Virus record (IMG/VR): IMGVR_UViG_3300037262_000028
Coordinates: 1 to 57,168 of that record
Reading direction: 5' to 3' (one strand)
Origin: a virus
Lineage: Duplodnaviria > Caudoviricetes
Length of the DNA stretch: 57,168 bases
Below, piece after piece: positions 19,637 to 28,716 of this stretch. Numbering within the stretch: the first letter of the stretch is position 1; each line of letters begins with the position of its first letter. The translations under genes were made by a program, and so were the position numbers. The notes beneath the pieces were generated by a model. The model worked only from the letters and a program-made list of their open reading frames with translations. It was not told the origin of the DNA and ran no database searches.

Positions 19637-21574
19637 TTATTGAGCTTCGACTGAGGCTAAATTCATGCTTTGTACTGATCCGCCATCCATGTACCAAAAA
19701 GTCATCGGCGGAGAACCGCGGGCCCCCCGCACCTGCGCAGTGGCAGGCAAAATCTGCAAATAATACCCTTGTGAAAACAAAATCGCATCGATCGGCGTGC
19801 CTGCCGCCGTATTGACTTCGGCAATCTGCAAAGCAGATAACTGAACGCCTGGCTGAAATACGCCGAAGTTACCCGCTTGCGTAATCACTGTGCTTAACGC
19901 TGCGCGAATTAAAGCGTAACCTTGCGAGTTGTAAGGAATAGATTTCACGCTGGTCAGCAGTGTCATTAACACTAGCTGGAACGCTGAATTCATCCATATC
20001 TGATTAACGTAGCTATCCGCCCACTGAAACTGACCTGAAATCTGGCCTGGATTAAAAAACTGGAAACCCTGATTGGCTGTCGCGTAAGAGCCGTAAAAAT
20101 TGTATCCGTTAGCGATCAGATTAGAAGATACAGTCTGTGACGAGACAGTTGACGTAAATCCGGACTGCGATTTAAACGCCAGTGTCGAACGTCCGTTTAA
20201 CTGCGTGAAATCGATCGATGCAATAGAACCTGAAGTAAAAGCTGCCAGTCCGGTGTTATTTGGGTCGTAAACGCAAATAGTTCCCGAAGTTGAGTTATTT
20301 TTAAGAATATAGCCGAGACTGTTTGTTGCTGCGTTCGATTGCGTCGGAGTGATATCGAGATCCCACGCAACATAAGCGAATTCGCTATTTTGCAAGCCGT
20401 CCCAGTTAGCGAACGCCTGTTTATTCACGTTGCCGTAACCATTATCAGGATCGAACAGGGTAAAGAAAGTTGCCCAGTTAGTTGTCTGCGCGACGATGCC
20501 CGCCATGAAGGCTGCAGGTGTTGCAGGTGCCGCGCCTTGCGACAATGCGGCCCCGGTCGCCGAAGTCATCGACAAAGCAGTAGCCAGTGTGCCGGTACAG
20601 TAACCAATCGTACCTGCTGCACCGGGGGTGCCGCCGGTTAAAACGAAGTTACCGGAAACGCTATCATAAGTACAGGTGAGCGGACCTGAACTGATTGTGG
20701 TTGCAGATACTGTTTGCGCGCCGCCTGACGTAATATATGTACCTGCTGCACCTGTACCGGTACCCAGAGCTGTAATGGTTGTACCGGCTGCAGTAGTACC
20801 TCCTGATATGACTGATCCGACATACAGAGTACCTGACGACATCGCTGCAACAGTCATCAACCCGTATGATTGCGTAATCGTGGTTGATGTTGTTGTCTGA
20901 TTAAGGCTGACAGTATAAGTGCCAATACCTCCCGTCGTGCCAGTAAGTTGTGCCGTAATCGCTGTACCTGTCGTAACGCCTGTGCCAGACAGTACGCCGC
21001 CGACAACTAAAGCGCCTGAACCGACAGCAGTCACTGTCAGGGTATAGCCGGTGATTGAGCCTGTTACGCTGGTTGTCGTGCCTGTAGCGATAGTTGTCGC
21101 GGCGCTGGTAACACCGTCGTACGCGCCGAATGCTGTGGTAATGATCGTCGCAGCGTTTGCGGGGCTGGTAGCCGCAGATAAAGTGATCGCCCCCGACGTT
21201 TTCTGTACGCCTTCTACAGTGACGATTAACGTGCCGCTAAGAACCTGTAACGCTGTCAGTGATAAAGCCGCTGTTGCACCGCCGCGGATATATGCAGGTA
21301 CGGCGTTTTGGTTGTATTGCGCAAACAATAATGCGCCAGGCTTAATGTTCGAACCTTGAAAACCCGCGAAATATATAAGAGCGTTAGCGTAGTGTACTGA
21401 AGCTAATCCGTAATATGCACCGACAGCGGGTGCTGAAGGAAATGAAGGAACTGTTCCGATTGGTGTGCGAGTGCCGTTATCCAGACATAGCCCGGATAAA
21501 TCTAAGCCAGAACCGCCGGCCGATAAAACACTGGGGTTGACCTGGACAATGGCCGATGCTGGTATTGTACTCAT
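19637..21574 (-). CDS. Tail sheath protein (DUF3383-type) with two inserted beta modules
   Basis: [14 protein letters not shown] start, [23 protein letters not shown] motifs. Confidence 0.9.
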   Translation of the reverse strand: MSTIPASAIVQVNPSVLSAGGSGLDLSGLCLDNGTRTPIGTVPSFPSAPAVGAYYGLASVHYANALIYFAGFQGSNIKPGALLFAQYNQNAVPAYIRGGATAALSLTALQVLSGTLIVTVEGVQKTSGAITLSAATSPANAATIITTAFGAYDGVTSAATTIATGTTTSVTGSITGYTLTVTAVGSGALVVGGVLSGTGVTTGTAITAQLTGTTGGIGTYTVSLNQTTTSTTITQSYGLMTVAAMSSGTLYVGSVISGGTTAAGTTITALGTGTGAAGTYITSGGAQTVSATTISSGPLTCTYDSVSGNFVLTGGTPGAAGTIGYCTGTLATALSMTSATGAALSQGAAPATPAAFMAGIVAQTTNWATFFTLFDPDNGYGNVNKQAFANWDGLQNSEFAYVAWDLDITPTQSNAATNSLGYILKNNSTSGTICVYDPNNTGLAAFTSGSIASIDFTQLNGRSTLAFKSQSGFTSTVSSQTVSSNLIANGYNFYGSYATANQGFQFFNPGQISGQFQWADSYVNQIWMNSAFQLVLMTLLTSVKSIPYNSQGYALIRAALSTVITQAGNFGVFQPGVQLSALQIAEVNTAAGTPIDAILFSQGYYLQILPATAQVRGARGSPPMTFWYMDGGSVQSMNLASVEAQ

Positions 21575-21620
21575 GCGTTACTCCATATAAAAGCTGCTAA
21601 AAGCAAGCTGTGAAATTAAA

Positions 21621-22166
21621 TTAAGGGTGATACACCGCTTCTACAGAAACCAGTTCAACGTCCAGTGCTGCAGCGAATTGTTGGGTGATTGTGACAACAG
21701 CGTTTACCTGCATATGAAAGTCCACAGTCCAGCGCGTTTCAATCTGCTGTTCTGCATTTAAAAAAGGTGCCTGAACCGGAGTGCTGCACCATAGCGGTGT
21801 AATATCGAATCCAGATGTGGCGAACTGATCACACCCCCAGCCTGACCAGAACAATGTTGTCAGTATCTGTAAATTATCGGCCGCCAGCGGACCGTGAATA
21901 TCTAACTGAACTGACACGTCAGTAGGCGCGTTATCTGTTTGCACTGAGGCTGTACTTGGGTACCCGTCGCTAAATTCAGTCCAGTTAAATCCTAAACGTT
22001 GTCGTAACGATGGTGTCATCGTGACAAAATTAGTGTTTGCTGGTTCTGCCACGCGGTTTGTCTGCGCTTTTACGACAGGCGTCCCGGAGGGTAGTACGTA
22101 AGTTAAAAAATTGCCGAGAGTCTGAAACAGATCGGCTTCAGTAATGCTAATCGTCGCCGTCACCAC
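21621..22166 (-). CDS. Tail terminator / neck protein
   Basis: QTNRVAEP, QLDIHG, EQQIETRW motifs; position. Confidence 0.7.
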   Translation of the reverse strand: MVTATISITEADLFQTLGNFLTYVLPSGTPVVKAQTNRVAEPANTNFVTMTPSLRQRLGFNWTEFSDGYPSTASVQTDNAPTDVSVQLDIHGPLAADNLQILTTLFWSGWGCDQFATSGFDITPLWCSTPVQAPFLNAEQQIETRWTVDFHMQVNAVVTITQQFAAALDVELVSVEAVYHP

Positions 22167-22169
22167 TAT

Positions 22170-22553
22170 TTAACTCCCGTTTTGCAAAACGCACGCTACT
22201 TTTGTCCATCCGTCCGTCGAATACCAGTTTTCAAGTGGCATAATAACCAGCCAGACAGTGCCATCCGGCAGCGTAACTAAATCGCCGCCTTTACTGGCTG
22301 GTCGTGATACGCCTTGCCAGTTACCGCTAACATACATCACGCATTTTTCGCCGACTAAATTCAGTCCGCTAACTTGCTGTAAATCTTTCCACTGAAGCGG
22401 TTGCTTTTGCACCTGAACATTTACTGCCGGCAAATATCCTGGTGTCTGCGTAAAATCGATGCCAATTGTAGGTGTTGTGGACTGCTGATAAGAAGCGGTA
22501 AGCCACGGGTTAATTGCGGCTATAACTGGCGCTACGATATTGTGCAAGTTCAT
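22170..22553 (-). CDS. Head closure / head-tail connector protein
   Basis: MNLHNIV..AINP, KGGDLV, WLV...LENW motifs. Confidence 0.7.
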   Translation of the reverse strand: MNLHNIVAPVIAAINPWLTASYQQSTTPTIGIDFTQTPGYLPAVNVQVQKQPLQWKDLQQVSGLNLVGEKCVMYVSGNWQGVSRPASKGGDLVTLPDGTVWLVIMPLENWYSTDGWTKVACVLQNGS

Positions 22554-23107
22554 TCCGGGTCTACCTCGTAATCCACGCTATTCAGCATGTGCCCTGAATC
22601 TATCAGTGGTTTTTCTGATACCCCATTTGTGCTTTCGCCTGCCGCAACCCTGGCACGCGCTTCATTTACTGTCGCGTACGATATCGGGTTTCCGTTATCG
22701 CCTAACGTTGGGTCTGCAGCGCGCATGGCGCGCAGCATAATTGTTGTGCGCGATAAGGGCGGTGCGACCAGATCGATAATCGATGTCTGCAATTCGGCTT
22801 TTATTTCCTGCCCCATCTGATCTAATGACTGTTTAGCATTGTAATTAGTAGCCAATAACTTTTTCGCTATATCCTGCCCCCAATGGTTTTTTTCATTCGC
22901 AATCATCGTGCGGAAAAAAGGTCGGGGAGGGCTGCCCGAACCTGGATCGCCGAACTCCTGTATCGCCGCAATGTAAGCAACAGGCTTATTTTCGTAGGTT
23001 GCTGATTCCAAAAACCCTACGTGGACTTTTTGGGCTGCCTTTAAATTCGTCGCTAACTCTGCTAATCTCGCGTTCAGTGTTCCTGAACTTTTAAATGACG
23101 CGCTCAT
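22550..23107 (-). CDS. Tail completion / neck protein
   Basis: VGFLE, AAIQEFG, PPRPFFR, KPLIDSGHM motifs. Confidence 0.8.
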   Translation of the reverse strand: MSASFKSSGTLNARLAELATNLKAAQKVHVGFLESATYENKPVAYIAAIQEFGDPGSGSPPRPFFRTMIANEKNHWGQDIAKKLLATNYNAKQSLDQMGQEIKAELQTSIIDLVAPPLSRTTIMLRAMRAADPTLGDNGNPISYATVNEARARVAAGESTNGVSEKPLIDSGHMLNSVDYEVDPE

Positions 23108-23526
23108 GATGGCCAGAAATTACGTGGGCGGGTTACAACGTACAATGCGTTGCGATATTGATTCGACATCGCCCAGTAGCTAGAGCCCGGCTGCGTTTGC
23201 TGCCACCACTGCGCTGTACCTTCCTGATATTTATTCTCAAGCTGTACGGTAACAGTTCCTTCAGTCGCACTATTAATGCGGCCTACGATGCCTGTAGCAG
23301 GTTGCGCCGCAGTACCTGAATTTAATGTGGCTATGTGCGCCGTTATTAAATTTAAAAATGTCTCGCGTTGCCCGCCAATACTGTCATCTGTAACCAGACT
23401 GCATCCGGTGTTATCACAATATTGACAGGCTTCATTAAAATAAAGTTGCGCCAGCGTTTCTGGTACGTTCGCCGCAAGAGCCGGAAAACGAAGTGCCCAT
23501 GTGGAGTAGTTAAATACGACTGACAT
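23104..23526 (-). CDS. Head-tail adaptor (DUF4054-like)
   Basis: LITAHIA, GRINSATEGTV, WWQQTQPG motifs. Confidence 0.8.
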   Translation of the reverse strand: MSVVFNYSTWALRFPALAANVPETLAQLYFNEACQYCDNTGCSLVTDDSIGGQRETFLNLITAHIATLNSGTAAQPATGIVGRINSATEGTVTVQLENKYQEGTAQWWQQTQPGSSYWAMSNQYRNALYVVTRPRNFWPS

Positions 23527-23541
23527 TATTACGCCTTTAAA

Positions 23542-23910
23542 TTAATCTGCCACGGTGAATTTTTTTAAGTCTTTACCAGGCTTATCAGGATCTAAAGGTT
23601 CAAACCCGTTCTTTTCCGCTTTCATCTCAGTTGCTCTGGCTTCGGCATCGTTTGTTTTATTCATTGAAAAAATAAAACCATTCACAACCGCCGGGTGTTC
23701 TGCATTCAGCCGCATCCACTCGTCAAAAAATTCTTTCGGTACGTTTTCAGTAATACCAAAACCTCCTATAACGCGCGATGCGTTTGTACCGCGTAAAGTA
23801 ACGCGGCGAAGAGGTTTGCCAGGTGTCAGAAAATCCATGTGGATCCCGTTAGGAATCTTGCATCCAACACTGACTGTATTGCCGGATGATAGCTTGGGGA
23901 GTTCGGCCAT
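23542..23910 (-). CDS. Conserved virion-associated protein
   Basis: VGCKIPNG, FGITENVPKEFF.EW, GFEPLDP; follows the capsid gene. Confidence 0.7.
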   Translation of the reverse strand: MAELPKLSSGNTVSVGCKIPNGIHMDFLTPGKPLRRVTLRGTNASRVIGGFGITENVPKEFFDEWMRLNAEHPAVVNGFIFSMNKTNDAEARATEMKAEKNGFEPLDPDKPGKDLKKFTVAD

Positions 23911-23928
23911 TTTAAATCTCCATAAAAT

Positions 23929-23956
23929 AAAAAGGCATTCATAAGAATGCCTTTTT
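23929..23956 (-). terminator. Intrinsic terminator after the major capsid gene
   Basis: AAAAAGGCATTC-ATAA-GAATGCCTTTTT hairpin with T-tracts on both sides. Confidence 0.8.
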
Positions 23957-23985
23957 CGTCTTGCGATTAAACTACAAAATACTAC

Positions 23986-25041
23986 TTATACGCCTACCAT
24001 CGAGCTGATTGCAAAAGGTTGGAAAATAATAGCGCCCCAACTTCCCTGCGACTTTTTCTGTTCGAAACTAGACATTTTAACGACCATCTTGTGTGCCCTC
24101 ATTTTTTCAGTGAATGCACAGAAGCCGGTTTTTTGCCCGTCAAGTTCATCAACAATCAACTGAACCATATTTCCTGCTGACGTATTTAAATACTGCTGTG
24201 CAGTTTCAATACGCAGTTTAGGGAAGTTCTTTTTCAGTAAATCTTCAACGTTGACGTTGTACTGATTAGTGGTGGTTAAAGCAACACTGGACGCTGGTGA
24301 CATTGCTAAAGTCATCGGCGAATCCATTTCAACCAGGCCACCGGATTGCGATACAACTAAACTGAATAGCGACTGAATATCTGTGTAGATTTCATTCGCT
24401 GTCGCTGTTACTGCACCGTTGGTAATCCACGGCCCTGACGTTCCTGAGTTGTATGCTTTCACACCTGGCGCAAGTGAAGGAAGTAAATCAGGAGAATTTA
24501 ACAACCCGTAATTTTGCAAACCTTGCACGCCGTAAAAATAAGTATTGTTCTGGTATTTATCCAACACGATTGCAGAAGCAATATTTAAACGCGCCGCCCA
24601 GTCGATTTTAGCTAAAGCCGCCATTTCCAGTTGTTTTTCACCCCATTGCGTAATCGTCTGATAATGGTACGATTGACGTTGCGGGAAGGTGGCGTTTGCT
24701 GTGACGGTACCGTTTTCAGAGTAGTCGCCGTAGCTCGATACTTCACCGCCGTTTTCAATGGTCGGGAACATCGCTGTAGCCATAGTCCAGTCGCCTTTTT
24801 TCGCTTCGCCCAAAATAGCGGCGGCGCGGTTTGGGGTGACTAAAACACGGACCAGGTTAGGGTCAAGGTAGTTAGCCAGGAAGGAGGGGATACCGGAGTT
24901 GCTGACGGTAACCAACGCGGGCTGTGCATCCAACGCCATACGTTCTGCAGCACCTTCTGGCAAATAGTCAAACAATTCGCCAGCGGGTCCCACAATACCG
25001 TACCGCGATTCGAGCATCGCTAATTCTAAATTTCGTTTCAT
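23986..25041 (-). CDS. Major capsid protein (DUF2184-type)
   Basis: ALDAQP, KKGDW, YGDYS, YGLLNSP, FTEKMRAH, QKKSQGSWGAII motifs. Confidence 0.9.
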   Translation of the reverse strand: MKRNLELAMLESRYGIVGPAGELFDYLPEGAAERMALDAQPALVTVSNSGIPSFLANYLDPNLVRVLVTPNRAAAILGEAKKGDWTMATAMFPTIENGGEVSSYGDYSENGTVTANATFPQRQSYHYQTITQWGEKQLEMAALAKIDWAARLNIASAIVLDKYQNNTYFYGVQGLQNYGLLNSPDLLPSLAPGVKAYNSGTSGPWITNGAVTATANEIYTDIQSLFSLVVSQSGGLVEMDSPMTLAMSPASSVALTTTNQYNVNVEDLLKKNFPKLRIETAQQYLNTSAGNMVQLIVDELDGQKTGFCAFTEKMRAHKMVVKMSSFEQKKSQGSWGAIIFQPFAISSMVGV

Positions 25042-25067
25042 GTTATTTCCTTTTTTAAATTAGCAGA

Positions 25068-26237
25068 TTAGCCGATAGCCCATGAACTCATCTTAATGAG
25101 TTCACCGACCGCGCCGGGGGACATCGCAAACCACTTAGTTTCAGTGGCGCCCAAGACTGTCACAGTACCGCTTGTTGATGCGGTAGATGTATTAGTCAGA
25201 TAACTGCCAACGCCGCCTGTAGCACCAGAAACCTGTGCTGTGACCTGCGTATTTGCGGCGATAGTGCCGCCAGTAATCGTGTCATTAATACTGATCGTGC
25301 CGGAACCAACAGCAGAAACAACCAAAGTACCGCCTGATGCTGAAATGGTTGTTGATGTGGTGGTTTGGCTGATACTGACAGCATAAGTACCCAGACCGCC
25401 TGAACCTGAAATAAAGGCAGTGATGGTTGTTCCTGCCGATACGCCCGTTCCTGATAATGTCTGCCCGACAGCAAACGTACCTGACAATGCAGAGCCGGCG
25501 GTAAACATGCCGCCTGATGCAGTAATCGTGGTACTAGGTACTGTCTGACTAATATTTACCTGGAAGGTAGCGCCAGCAGAACCGCCAGCGGTACCTGTCA
25601 ACTGCGCAACGATCGTTGTACCTGCAGCTACACCGGTGCCAGTCAGAGTCTGACCTGCAACAAAACCGCCGCTGGATAACGCACCCATAGTGAGTGTGGT
25701 ACCTGCAATAGTGCTGGTTGTTGCTGTATTAACCGCAATGGTTGATGTCGCAGCGCTATTGGCTACCAAAGAAGCAGTTACTGATGCTGCTGTTGGCGGA
25801 GAGCCTGTAGCCGCAAAACTAATCTGGCCTGTAGCGTTATTCGCGTAGGCTTTCATGTTTGCCGTTACGGCGGTAGTTCCGTTATTAGTTACCCAGAAGT
25901 CGCCAGCCTGATGCACTGTGACAGGGTATCCTGGAGGTACCAGCTGGGTGTTAGATCCAAGGAACTTAGTAATCAGAGCTTGCTGTTCGCGGTGGATAAA
26001 ACCGAGAGGTGTACCAGCTCCGGTATTGTTAACCTGCGACCACGGATCGACTTCGCCTGAAACGTTGTCGTAACCTTGCGGCGATCCCCAGCAGAAGTAC
26101 CCTACCGTAACGCCGTTAGGTCCTGCTACAGGATCACCAGGCCCGTTCAACACCGACGCGCGGGGGTTGGCCGAGCAAAAATCGCCCGCCACGCCTGGTG
26201 CGGGCATAATATTTACTTGCTGTTGAAATTGTGACAT
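25068..26237 (-). CDS. Head decoration / cement protein with three nested beta modules
   Basis: [40 protein letters not shown] motifs; sits between protease and capsid. Confidence 0.85.
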   Translation of the reverse strand: MSQFQQQVNIMPAPGVAGDFCSANPRASVLNGPGDPVAGPNGVTVGYFCWGSPQGYDNVSGEVDPWSQVNNTGAGTPLGFIHREQQALITKFLGSNTQLVPPGYPVTVHQAGDFWVTNNGTTAVTANMKAYANNATGQISFAATGSPPTAASVTASLVANSAATSTIAVNTATTSTIAGTTLTMGALSSGGFVAGQTLTGTGVAAGTTIVAQLTGTAGGSAGATFQVNISQTVPSTTITASGGMFTAGSALSGTFAVGQTLSGTGVSAGTTITAFISGSGGLGTYAVSISQTTTSTTISASGGTLVVSAVGSGTISINDTITGGTIAANTQVTAQVSGATGGVGSYLTNTSTASTSGTVTVLGATETKWFAMSPGAVGELIKMSSWAIG

Positions 26238-26249
26238 AACTTTCTCCTA

Positions 26250-27719
26250 TTAACCTAATTGAATAACTGGACCCGCAGTTGGGAACCGGGACGCGAAGCT
26301 TGCTACGGCTGCACTGTCATGGGCCAAATGGGTTTTAGTGGTTTGGGTGGTTTGCTCTTTAACCAGCATCTTCACCATCGCTTTATACGCAGCCGGCGGA
26401 ACATCAGTTAAATCTACGCCAGCAGCATCCAGCGCCATTTTATATACCGCTTCAGCGCTATCAAATGCCACACGTAATTCGCCAACATGCGGCCGGACGG
26501 CTTCGCGTGCTTCAGCGATGTCATTCAGTCGTTTTGTTGTGTTTTGTTCGGAATTTTTGACTGCGGCGGCAATCGCTGCATCCATGGCAGTTTTATCTGA
26601 TGCACCCATAGGTTTTTCCTTTTCGGATGTAGGTTTTTTAGGTTTGCCAGGGAATTCTGGCGGCTCATCTGCAGCTCCACCTTCAAGTTGAGCTAATAGC
26701 GCCTTTAGTTTAGTAAGTATTTCAGCCTTATCATTTTCAGCATCGGCTGTCACTTTTTCAGCTTTGGCACCATCAAGGTCTGCGTCTGGATTTTCGTCTG
26801 ATGCTTCTTCATCATCATCCTCATCTTCAGCACCCTCTTCCGTTCCTTTTGGATCTGTAGCGCCGTCTTTATCTGCGTCTGGCGACTCGTCCGTACCGTC
26901 GTTATCAGATGCTGAAAACATATCCAATAAACCCATCAGGTCTTTCAGACTCGCATCCTGTGCCAGTTTGCCTTTAGTCGCGATTTTAATCGCTTCAGCA
27001 ATCTGCACTTTTTTCTTTTCCCAGTTAGCATGAGTTACCCCATCCAAAATCGGGTTTAAATCGATTTTTGCGTCGTTAGCCAGTTTGGGCTTGAGGAAGA
27101 CCACTAGGGCACCTTTCGCCATCGCTGCTTTGCGCGATAATGTAAAATTTCGTGACATAGAAGTCTCCAATTGTGAATCCCCGACAACGACATCGCTGCC
27201 GGCCCTGCCCTCTGTAACCAGTGCTACGTGGTTAAAACTGATATCCCGCATAACACCGTCGTATGCAACTCCTTCGTATGTGCCGGGTGTCATGTCCGCC
27301 CTGTAACGGTACCCGCACGATAATTCAACCTGATCTTCGCTTTCAATACCCGCTATAGCAACAGCGTCCCATACGATGAGACTGTTTTGCAAATAGGGTT
27401 TTTTAAAAACGGCGTCGGTGCCAATGCTACCGACAACATCCATCTTTTTAGGGTCTTCAGGCGATACAGCAATGTGTTTTATCATCAGCTGCACCCCATT
27501 CGACGTCGGTGCTGCTTTTTCCAGTTCGCCCGGGTCGCGTAATAGCTGATAGACTTTTTTTGGATCCAGATTTAACGTGCCGTCCGGGTCTGGAATTTCG
27601 TGGCCGATATATGGGCACACATTAGCTTTAGATATATTTGAAACTGCTACGCGCAACCGCCCTTCAATGTCGTATGTTCGCGCACTGTTTTTATCAAGCG
27701 CGAGTCTTATTTCGGCCAT
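26250..27719 (-). CDS. Prohead protease/scaffold (DUF2213-type)
   Basis: ISKANVCPY.G.EIP, ELSCGY, NHVALV..GRAG; acidic scaffold tail; probable start MAEIRLALD after a GAGG RBS. Confidence 0.85.
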   Translation of the reverse strand: MAEIRLALDKNSARTYDIEGRLRVAVSNISKANVCPYIGHEIPDPDGTLNLDPKKVYQLLRDPGELEKAAPTSNGVQLMIKHIAVSPEDPKKMDVVGSIGTDAVFKKPYLQNSLIVWDAVAIAGIESEDQVELSCGYRYRADMTPGTYEGVAYDGVMRDISFNHVALVTEGRAGSDVVVGDSQLETSMSRNFTLSRKAAMAKGALVVFLKPKLANDAKIDLNPILDGVTHANWEKKKVQIAEAIKIATKGKLAQDASLKDLMGLLDMFSASDNDGTDESPDADKDGATDPKGTEEGAEDEDDDEEASDENPDADLDGAKAEKVTADAENDKAEILTKLKALLAQLEGGAADEPPEFPGKPKKPTSEKEKPMGASDKTAMDAAIAAAVKNSEQNTTKRLNDIAEAREAVRPHVGELRVAFDSAEAVYKMALDAAGVDLTDVPPAAYKAMVKMLVKEQTTQTTKTHLAHDSAAVASFASRFPTAGPVIQLG

Positions 27720-27900
27720 GTCGACCCTCAAGTAGTTGTTCCAGCACGTCAATAAGTGCCAGCATTAATTTTGTGTCATCGTCGCCTGTAAAACCGTTAG
27801 CATGCGCAGCGGCTGCCTGGCGTTCAGCATCTTTACGTGAAGAATAAACAGTGCCGTGGTTGCCCCATTTATACCCACCTGTTACTTTTCGGATCGGCAT
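27694..27900 (-). CDS. Small conserved phage protein
   Basis: MPIRKV.GGYKWG..G.VY..RK.AERQA.A..ANG motif. Confidence 0.65.
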   Translation of the reverse strand: MPIRKVTGGYKWGNHGTVYSSRKDAERQAAAAHANGFTGDDDTKLMLALIDVLEQLLEGRHGRNKTRA

Positions 27901-27903
27901 AAG

Positions 27904-28707
27904 CTACCTTAAATGATAAGACAGCCCCGGTATGACCGGCCTTGATATACACCGGCAGTTAGGCCGTTCACCCGGATAGATAAATTTACCTTCAACTTCG
28001 GAATACATACCTTCGTCAATCTTGTATGTTTTTTTGGCAGCACCCCACTTAACGTGTTCCTGCCGCGGTTCATTACCGCCGTTACTGTGCATCCAGACGG
28101 CTTCGGTAATTCCCGCTTCTTTTTGCCTCACTTTTGTTATTGCTGCCGTAGCTTTGTTATTCTGGTCCCTGCTAATAAATTGTGCGCGCCGGCGCGTTAC
28201 CCCAAAATTTGCCTGTAACTCTTTACTTAACGTACCCAGATCGCGACCTGTCTGCACGCTGCGCATGACGATGCCTTCGACTTCAGCTAAATGCCGTTGG
28301 GGGATGCTTTTAATAAGAGCGACATTAGCGTTCACGGTGGCTTGTGCCACATCGTTCATGGCAGCCGTCATTTTGAACTCGATCGCAAAACCTGCCTGCT
28401 TTAACGAATCCATAAAAGCCCGCGTCGTGTAGTCGCCTGACTGTTTAGTGAAACTTTTAGCCAGATCAGGTGCGCGGTCTGAAAACTTTTTAAGCCAGTA
28501 ACGGCTCAGTCGTTTCATTAAGACGCGCATTAAAAATGCCGGGCTTGCATCCATCGCGATTTCAGGCGCGTTTGTTTTATATGCCTGCAACACCCAAAAA
28601 TTAACGCTCTTATTCATCTGATCAATCAGCGCCAGTAACTGGCGGCTATACGCTGCTTCGATACCTGCGTTAGGATGAACAGGCTTAAATGTTTTAAGTG
28701 CTCCCAT
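27904..28707 (-). CDS. Head morphogenesis protein (Mu gpF / SPP1 gp7-like)
   Basis: RAQFISRDQNNK, WMHS, PR..H, PGERPNCRC motifs. Confidence 0.9.
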   Translation of the reverse strand: MGALKTFKPVHPNAGIEAAYSRQLLALIDQMNKSVNFWVLQAYKTNAPEIAMDASPAFLMRVLMKRLSRYWLKKFSDRAPDLAKSFTKQSGDYTTRAFMDSLKQAGFAIEFKMTAAMNDVAQATVNANVALIKSIPQRHLAEVEGIVMRSVQTGRDLGTLSKELQANFGVTRRRAQFISRDQNNKATAAITKVRQKEAGITEAVWMHSNGGNEPRQEHVKWGAAKKTYKIDEGMYSEVEGKFIYPGERPNCRCISRPVIPGLSYHLR

Positions 28708-28716
28708 ACAAATAAA

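Noticed and set aside
20690-21110. Inteins as the explanation for the inserted modules
   Set aside because: No N-terminal Cys/Ser block or C-terminal His-Asn, and they are too short for Hint domains.
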